Below, piece after piece: positions 57,523 to 64,000 of a DNA stretch of 64,000 bases. Each line of letters starts with the position of its first letter. Position 1 is the stretch's first letter. The translations under genes and the position numbers were made by a program. The stretch is taken from the IMG/VR virus record IMGVR_UViG_3300038853_000032, one strand, 5' to 3'. The DNA is from an uncultured virus (IMG/VR IMGVR_UViG_3300038853_000032). Taxonomy: Duplodnaviria; Heunggongvirae; Uroviricota; Caudoviricetes. The notes under the pieces are model-generated. The model was not told where the DNA came from and searched no databases. It saw nothing but the letters and a program-made list of their open reading frames with translations.

Positions 57523-58649
57523 AAATTACAACTCCTGCTCTTATATTTGATGAAAAAACGTTAGAATACAATACTATAACTACTCACGCAACCTTAGATA
57601 TAGCAAAATGTAACTTATTTTACTCCGTCAAAGCGTGTTCTGTTCCTAATGTGTTACAAACTTTAAATAAATTAGTACATGGATTCTCTTGTAGCACTTT
57701 TAACGAAGTTAAATTGGCCCACCAAGAAAGTAATAATAACTCCTTACAATTAGTCGGTCCTTGGATAGAAACTCAGAAATTAAAAAAATATGGCGAATAC
57801 TTAAATTACATTATTTTTAACTCTTTACCACAATGGAAACAGTTTAGCACACAGATTCCCTCTCATGTTCAACAAGGAATAAGAATTAATACTCAACTTT
57901 CTTTTGTACGGTTAGAAGAATACGACCCATGTAGATGGGGTTCAAAACTAGGGGTTCCAATATATGAGTTAGCTAAGTTACAACCTCAAGATTTAATAAA
58001 CATTAAAGGACTTCATTTTCACACTAATTCTTACGTTCACGACTTTGCATGCTTACTTGCTACAATTAAACACCTTGCAAGCGTCATCCCTCATCTGCTA
58101 AGACACGTAAAGTGGATTAATTTAGGAGGGGGATATGATCAGAGATCTGCTACACACATAGAAGCTTTTTTTGAAGGCGTTCAGTTATTGCGAGAAGAAT
58201 TTAACCTTGATGTATTTGTTGAACCAGGTTACTTTATGGTAAGCGAAGCAGGAAGAATTAAAACTACAGTATGTGATATATTTACGGTAGATAGTAATCA
58301 AGTAGTAATTTTAGATACTACAATATATCATTTAGGCTGGTTAGCCTCTTATAACCCCTATATCCAAGTTAAAGAAAGTTCCTCTTCAGGATCATATAGT
58401 TATAACTTATCTGGCTGTAGTTGTTCCCCTGGAGACGTTTTTGGTCAATACAGATTTGATGAACCTCTTAAAATAGGATCTCAATTAACTTTTTTAAATA
58501 TGGGAGGGTATGGACTAAGTAAGGTTACACGTTTTTCCGGAATTGAAGCACCCTCGGTTTATTGGAAAGACAAAACCGGTTCGTTAACTTTACTCTATAA
58601 AGATTCATTTGAAAATTACGTAACACACTTGGGAGGTACTAAATGTTAG
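57519..58649 (+). CDS. PLP-dependent decarboxylase (carboxynorspermidine decarboxylase-like)
   Basis: YSVKAC, YDPCRWGSKLG, GLHFH, NLGGG, EPG, C.PGDVFG. Confidence 0.8.
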   Translation: MKITTPALIFDEKTLEYNTITTHATLDIAKCNLFYSVKACSVPNVLQTLNKLVHGFSCSTFNEVKLAHQESNNNSLQLVGPWIETQKLKKYGEYLNYIIFNSLPQWKQFSTQIPSHVQQGIRINTQLSFVRLEEYDPCRWGSKLGVPIYELAKLQPQDLINIKGLHFHTNSYVHDFACLLATIKHLASVIPHLLRHVKWINLGGGYDQRSATHIEAFFEGVQLLREEFNLDVFVEPGYFMVSEAGRIKTTVCDIFTVDSNQVVILDTTIYHLGWLASYNPYIQVKESSSSGSYSYNLSGCSCSPGDVFGQYRFDEPLKIGSQLTFLNMGGYGLSKVTRFSGIEAPSVYWKDKTGSLTLLYKDSFENYVTHLGGTKC

Positions 58650-59581
58650 AAACGCCATCTCAATTACCGTATCCTAGTTTTGTAATGAATTTTCCTTTTT
58701 CTCTATCAACTGAAGTTCCCAATAATTTCATGACACAGAGACACACAGAAGAAGAAAGAATACTTGATCGACCTAAAGCATACCAACAATTTATGAGTCT
58801 ATATAATTTTGCCGCAACTGAAAGTTTAATATATCTTTTACCCAGTCATCAAAATTTATACCAAGACTTACCATATATTGCTAACCTGGGAATTTACTTA
58901 CCCCATATTATAGACCGTAACATAATTCTTTTAAGTAATTTTGCCTCTGAACCAAGACAAGGTGAAGAAACAGTAGGTAAACCTTTTTTTGAACTAATGA
59001 ATTACGAAACGATTAACTGCCCTTATAAATGGGAAGGAGAAGCCGATTTAAAATATCTATACGATAATATTTATATAGGCGGGTACGGAATCAGATCAGA
59101 AATAAAAGCCTACGAGTGGATGGAAGCAAATTTTGGTATGAAGATTATTAAACTTAAAATGGATAACCCTGCTTATCTTCATTTAGACTGCACCATTTTT
59201 CCTATGACCAAAACTAAAACTTTAGTTTCTTATCCAACTGCCTATAATAATCAAGAACTATTAGAAATTTCAAAAGTAACAGAAATTATAGATGTATATT
59301 ACAACTTTAAATATCCAGATACAGTAGCAAGAGTTTGTAATTCTTGTCTAATAGGGAATAAAGTTCTTACAGCGTCACGGCTCCCTGACGTACCAAAAAA
59401 TTATTACTCCAATATAGAAGGAGGTAATTTATGGGAGATAGAAACAGAAAAAATTTCTTTTTTAAAACACATATGCGATAAAATAGGGTTAGAGGTGATA
59501 ATATTTAATATTTCAGAATTCGAAAAATCAGGAGCATTACTAAGCTGTATGTTTATGCACTTAAATTATTGGAAAGATTAA
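58643..59581 (+). CDS. Amidinotransferase/DDAH-superfamily enzyme, copy 1
   Basis: RQGEE, WEGEAD, YLHLDC, EFEKSGALLSC. Confidence 0.85.
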   Translation: MLETPSQLPYPSFVMNFPFSLSTEVPNNFMTQRHTEEERILDRPKAYQQFMSLYNFAATESLIYLLPSHQNLYQDLPYIANLGIYLPHIIDRNIILLSNFASEPRQGEETVGKPFFELMNYETINCPYKWEGEADLKYLYDNIYIGGYGIRSEIKAYEWMEANFGMKIIKLKMDNPAYLHLDCTIFPMTKTKTLVSYPTAYNNQELLEISKVTEIIDVYYNFKYPDTVARVCNSCLIGNKVLTASRLPDVPKNYYSNIEGGNLWEIETEKISFLKHICDKIGLEVIIFNISEFEKSGALLSCMFMHLNYWKD

Positions 59582-59588
59582 ATTAAAA

Positions 59589-60608
59589 ATGACAAAAAAA
59601 GCGTTAATAACAGGAGTCACAGGACAAGATGGAGCCTATTTAAGTAAGTTTCTACTCAATAAAGGGTATAAAGTTTACGGAGGGATTAGGCGCGGAAGCA
59701 CGGATAGTACCTGGAGACTAGAAGAACTTGGTATATTAAAACAGATTGAGCCCGTATTTTTAGAACTTTTAGAAGAATCAAATATTACTTATATCGTTAA
59801 AACACTGCAAGTAGATGAAGTCTATAACCTTGCTGCAATGAGTTTTGTCAGAAGCAGTTTTGATCAACCTCTTTATACAACTAATGTAGTAGGATTAGGA
59901 GCTTTACGATTTTTAGAAGCTATTAAACAAGAGAGTCCCCACACCCGTTTTTATCAAGCATCATCTTCAGAAATGTTTGGTAAAGCATTAGAAACCCCAC
60001 AAAATGAAAAAACTCCTTTTTACCCTAGATCCCCATATGCAATAGGAAAATGTTTTGCTCACTATACCTCTATTAATTATAGAGAAGCCTATAATATTCA
60101 TAGTAGTTGTGGAATTCTTTTTAACCACGAATCTCCTTTAAGAGGGTTAGAGTTTGTAACTCGTAAAATTACTTCTACCTTAACTAGAATTGTTAGGGGA
60201 GAAAAAATAACTTTAGAATTGGGAAACATAAACGCCCAAAGAGATTGGGGTTATGCAGAAGACTACGTTAAGGCTATGTGGTTAATGTTACAGCAAGATA
60301 ACCCTGACGACTATGTTGTTGCTACAGGAAAAACACATACAATTAGAAAATTCTTAGAAAAATGTGCTAAATACTTAGATTTAACACTGAATTCTATAGG
60401 AACAGGTGCTGATGAGAAAATTTACGATCAATACGGAAATTTAATAGTAAAAATTAATCCAGTTCATTTTCGTCCTACTGAAGTAGATTTACTTCTAGGA
60501 AACGCGGCCAAAGCTAAAGAAGTACTAAAATGGGAAGCTACTCATAGCTTAGATGACTTAGTTGAAATGATGATTCAATCTGATTACGATAAAACTAAAA
60601 TATGTTAG
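59589..60608 (+). CDS. gmd: GDP-mannose 4,6-dehydratase
   Basis: ITGVTGQDGAYL, YQASSSEMFG, FYPRSPY, FNHESPLRG, RDWGYA. Confidence 0.96.
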   Translation: MTKKALITGVTGQDGAYLSKFLLNKGYKVYGGIRRGSTDSTWRLEELGILKQIEPVFLELLEESNITYIVKTLQVDEVYNLAAMSFVRSSFDQPLYTTNVVGLGALRFLEAIKQESPHTRFYQASSSEMFGKALETPQNEKTPFYPRSPYAIGKCFAHYTSINYREAYNIHSSCGILFNHESPLRGLEFVTRKITSTLTRIVRGEKITLELGNINAQRDWGYAEDYVKAMWLMLQQDNPDDYVVATGKTHTIRKFLEKCAKYLDLTLNSIGTGADEKIYDQYGNLIVKINPVHFRPTEVDLLLGNAAKAKEVLKWEATHSLDDLVEMMIQSDYDKTKIC

Positions 60609-61537
60609 AAACGCCATCTCAATTACCGTATCCTAGTTTTGTAATGAATTTTCCTTTTTCTCTATCAACGGAATTTCCAAACAATAAATGGATGAAACAG
60701 CTTTCTCCTCGATTAAGACAAATAAATAAACCAAAAGCTTATCGACAGTTTATGGATTTATATAATTTTGTATCTAGCTCTGGTTTAGTATATCTTTTAC
60801 CCAGCTACCAAAACTTATACCAAGATTTAGTATACATAAGTAGTATAGGAATTTATTTACCTCACATCACGGATCGTAATATCATTATCTTAGGTAATTT
60901 TACCTCTAAACCCCGACAGGGTGAAGAGAGTATAGGTAAACCTTTTTTTGAACTAATGAATTATGAAACTATTAACTGTCCACACAAGTGGGAAGGAGAG
61001 GCTGAACTAAAGTATCTCTATGATAATATTTATATAGGCGGGTATGGAATCAGGTCAGAAATAAAAGCCTATGAGTGGATGGAAGAAAAGTTTAATATGA
61101 AGATTATTAAACTCAAAATGACTTATGAGGGTAGTTACCACTTAGACTGTAGTGTTTTCCCGCTGACTCCCACCAAAACTCTAGTTTCATACAATTCTAA
61201 CTTTACTAAAGAAGAACTATTAGAAATTTCAAAAGTAACAGAAATTATTAATATTGGACCAAACGATCTTTTAAATGGCTTATGTAATTCTGTCCGTATA
61301 AACGACACAGTACTGTCTGGATCAGGTGTACCAGATTTAACTATAGATGATGACGGGTATGAACAGGCAAAGGAATCCGTTGCTACATTAGAAAAATTAT
61401 GTGCTCAAGAAAACTTAGAACCAGTTATTTTTAGTATGTCAGAATTTGGAAAATCAGGAGCTGCGTTAAGCTGTTTATTTATGCATTTAAACTATAATCG
61501 GTACAATAAAATAAAAAATGGAGTAAAAGTAACGTGA
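60602..61537 (+). CDS. Amidinotransferase/DDAH-superfamily enzyme, copy 2
   Basis: RQGEE, WEGEAE, YHLDC, EFGKSGAALSC. Confidence 0.85.
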   Translation: MLETPSQLPYPSFVMNFPFSLSTEFPNNKWMKQLSPRLRQINKPKAYRQFMDLYNFVSSSGLVYLLPSYQNLYQDLVYISSIGIYLPHITDRNIIILGNFTSKPRQGEESIGKPFFELMNYETINCPHKWEGEAELKYLYDNIYIGGYGIRSEIKAYEWMEEKFNMKIIKLKMTYEGSYHLDCSVFPLTPTKTLVSYNSNFTKEELLEISKVTEIINIGPNDLLNGLCNSVRINDTVLSGSGVPDLTIDDDGYEQAKESVATLEKLCAQENLEPVIFSMSEFGKSGAALSCLFMHLNYNRYNKIKNGVKVT

Positions 61538-62541
61538 ATATTTATATTACAGGAATAGCAGGTTTAGTAGGAAGTAATTTAGCAAGAAAATTACTAATTA
61601 ATAAACATCATGTACGAGGCTGTGACACGTTAATAGGAGGATATGAAGATAATATTCCTAAAAATGCTGCGTGGACACAAACAGATATTTTAAATCAAGA
61701 AGAAATGGTTAAAGAATTAAAAGATGTAGACGTTATCGTCCATACCGCAGCTCTACCATATGAAGGTTTAAGTGTGTTTAGCCCTTCTTTAGTAGTTCAA
61801 AATATTGTAGGAGGAACAGTAAGCTTAGCTTCTGCGGCAATCCAAAATAATGTAAGAAGATTTATTTTTTGTAGTTCAATGGCTCGGTACGGAGCCCAAA
61901 CTCCTCCTTTTAAGGAACATTATGAAAAAAAACCTGTAGACCCTTACGGAATGGGAAAAGCACAAGCTGAAGATATGTTGTTTCTTTTAAACGAAATTCA
62001 CGGATTAGAAGTTGTAATTGCTGTTCCTCACAATATTATTGGAGTAGGTCAACGATACACCGATCCATACCGTAATGTAGCAGCAATTATGATTAATAGC
62101 ACATATATGAACAATAAAATTTACGTTTATGGGGATGGAGAGCAAAAAAGAAGCTTTAGTGATATATCTGACTGCATTAACGCTTTAGCTCATATGGTGG
62201 TGAGCGATAGAAACCTTCACCGAGAAGTTTACAATATTGGCCCAGATAAAAACGAAATCTCTATTCGTGAGTTGGCAGAATCTGTGTCTGAACTTACTAA
62301 TAAAGAACCAAAGTTAATATATGTTCCAGATAGGCCGAGAGAAGTTAAAAACGCCTACTGTTCTAGTGATAAAATTAAAAAGGAATTTAACTATAATGCT
62401 TCAGTTCCTCTCACAGACACATTAACTAGTATGATAGAATGGATACAAGAACGAAAACCACAACCCTTTAATTACCATCTCCCTATAGAAATCACTAATC
62501 GGGCTCACTTACCGCGCACCTGGACAGACAAGCTATTTTAA
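61534..62541 (+). CDS. NAD-dependent epimerase/dehydratase
   Basis: TGIAGLVGS, SSMARYG, YGMGK. Confidence 0.9.
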   Translation: MNIYITGIAGLVGSNLARKLLINKHHVRGCDTLIGGYEDNIPKNAAWTQTDILNQEEMVKELKDVDVIVHTAALPYEGLSVFSPSLVVQNIVGGTVSLASAAIQNNVRRFIFCSSMARYGAQTPPFKEHYEKKPVDPYGMGKAQAEDMLFLLNEIHGLEVVIAVPHNIIGVGQRYTDPYRNVAAIMINSTYMNNKIYVYGDGEQKRSFSDISDCINALAHMVVSDRNLHREVYNIGPDKNEISIRELAESVSELTNKEPKLIYVPDRPREVKNAYCSSDKIKKEFNYNASVPLTDTLTSMIEWIQERKPQPFNYHLPIEITNRAHLPRTWTDKLF

Positions 62542-62928
62542 ATGATTACTGCCCCTATTTCGTTTGGAGAATTAGTTGATAAAATTACAATTCTCGAACT
62601 TAAAAAGCACTATATTAAAGATGAAAAGAAACAAGAAAGTATTAATCACGAATTAAAACTTTTAATTCTTTTATACGAAAAAGAAAAAAGTATTAATGAA
62701 GAAGAAATTGAAGACTATAAATTTAATTTATCGCTACTTAATCATAGTTTATGGATAATCGAAGACGATATTCGAAATAAAGAAAGAAAACAAGAATTTG
62801 ACAAAGAATTTATTAAGTTTGCTCGATCAGTTTATCTTAAAAACGATGAAAGAGCCGCCTTAAAAAGAAAACTAAATAAAATAGTTAATTCAGATATTAT
62901 CGAAGAAAAATCTTACCAAAAGTACTAA
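62542..62928 (+). CDS. DUF6165-like protein
   Basis: PISFGELVDKITILELK, LW.IEDDIR, NDERA.LK. Confidence 0.8.
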   Translation: MITAPISFGELVDKITILELKKHYIKDEKKQESINHELKLLILLYEKEKSINEEEIEDYKFNLSLLNHSLWIIEDDIRNKERKQEFDKEFIKFARSVYLKNDERAALKRKLNKIVNSDIIEEKSYQKY

Positions 62929-62930
62929 AA

Positions 62931-63617
62931 ATGTACACAATAGTTAAAAATTTTTTAACACATGAACAATGCGATTCCCTAATTAAGCGCTTTGAAACAA
63001 GTACAGAAATCGGAGTTAGAAGCCGAATTCGTGGAAAATTAGCTAACTTTCACCCAAAAGAAAAAGAACCTACACCAGTTTTATACGATAAACACTTACT
63101 AATAGCACACTGTTATGATATACCCTTTGATGATCCAATTACGTCTCTAACCTGGAGTTACATTAAATATTTTAGTTCGCATCATAACTTTAACATAACA
63201 CATCAAGAAGGTTTTATAGTTCATAAGTATGCTAAAAACGGCCATTTTGCGTGGCACACAGATGGCAGTACTTATTCAAACCCCCCACCTTGGTCAAGTT
63301 CCAACCCTGAAATGAGAATAGGTATTTCCGAAACTAAATACGATAAATTAAGTGTTACAATCCAACTTAGTGCCTCTACAGACTATGAAGGAGGTGAACT
63401 TCAATTTGGACAAGATTCAGAAGGCAAAACAGAAAGACCCGTAACAGAAACATATGATGACTTAAAAAAATGGAAAAAGTCTATTAATGCTATTACTACT
63501 ATTTCCCAAGATAAAGGTACTCTCTGTATATTTAACGGTTTTTCGTATCATCGCGTAACCCCCATAACTAAAGGAACCCGATATTCTCTATTAAACTTTT
63601 ATCAAGGACAAAAATAA
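62931..63617 (+). CDS. Fe(II)/2OG oxygenase (PKHD-type)
   Basis: WHTDG, KLSVTIQLS..DYEGGEL, HRVTPITKGTRYSL. Confidence 0.88.
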   Translation: MYTIVKNFLTHEQCDSLIKRFETSTEIGVRSRIRGKLANFHPKEKEPTPVLYDKHLLIAHCYDIPFDDPITSLTWSYIKYFSSHHNFNITHQEGFIVHKYAKNGHFAWHTDGSTYSNPPPWSSSNPEMRIGISETKYDKLSVTIQLSASTDYEGGELQFGQDSEGKTERPVTETYDDLKKWKKSINAITTISQDKGTLCIFNGFSYHRVTPITKGTRYSLLNFYQGQK

Positions 63618-64000
63618 TGCATCATACCATAATTAAAAATTTTTTAAAAGATGATGAATGTGATTATTTAATAAACTATTTTAAAAAAGACTCATCAACA
63701 AAAAAGATGGCATATGCACGTGACGATAGCCTAGTTTATGATACGCAGTTGTTAAAGATGGAATATAGTAACACAGTAGCCTGGAACCGTAAAATAGTAA
63801 AAGGAGAATTTTCCCTATTTAATAACACTAACCTAATAAACAAGAAAATATGGGATGTAATTATACATTATAGTAAACAAAATAATTTTAACATAACAGA
63901 ACAAAGAGGAATTTTCATTCAAAAATACACAAAAAATGGACATTTTACTTGGCACACAGACGGATATGGCTGGACGTATAAACCCCCACACGGACTGCCA
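63617..64000 (+). CDS. Fe(II)/2OG oxygenase paralog, truncated by the window end
   Basis: MHHTIIKNFLKDDEC...KYTKNGHFTWHTDG. Confidence 0.8.
   Translation, partial: MHHTIIKNFLKDDECDYLINYFKKDSSTKKMAYARDDSLVYDTQLLKMEYSNTVAWNRKIVKGEFSLFNNTNLINKKIWDVIIHYSKQNNFNITEQRGIFIQKYTKNGHFTWHTDGYGWTYKPPHGLP

Noticed and set aside
58643..60670. Identical gene starts as a diversity-generating retroelement TR/VR pair
   Set aside because: No reverse transcriptase and no adenine-specific mismatches; simple paralogy
1..64000. Stop-codon reassignment
   Set aside because: Conserved genes (thyX, gmd, def, iscA) are full length in code 11, and TAA, TAG and TGA all end genes

Overview
AT-rich, gene-dense segment of a large dsDNA bacteriophage genome. 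Genes run on the minus strand up to about 36.95 kb and on the plus strand after that, and many have strong TTG(C/A)NN-17nt-TATAAT sigma70-type promoters. An alphaproteobacterial host is inferred from a circularly permuted tmRNA with an ANDN...ALAA tag, FdxA, a complex I NDUFS4-type subunit, Usg and DUF3553. Contents in order: (1) a ~2.4 kb almost ORF-free block of separately promoted, highly structured ncRNA candidates (2.44-4.8 kb), including a ~940-nt RNA and a duplicated ~80-nt motif with covarying stems; (2) a fibre/Gly-rich virion accessory module; (3) auxiliary metabolic genes and tRNA-Gly; (4) an 8.7 kb operon of four radical SAM enzymes, four Fe(II)/2OG or JmjC oxygenases and a protein ending in CHSSCHTSCHGSRGRR, a candidate phage-encoded RiPP-like protein-modification system; (5) thyX, spanin-like lysis genes, iscA, def, hsp20 with a ROSE-like leader, an Fpg/Nei glycosylase and rpsU; (6) a GC-richer mosaic island bounded by 40-bp direct repeats and containing a 100-N gap; (7) tmRNA; (8) a >20 kb glycan biosynthesis/modification cluster with heptose-pathway enzymes, GT9s, amino-sugar enzymes and two amidinotransferases. 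All calls come from motif recognition by eye; no searches were run.
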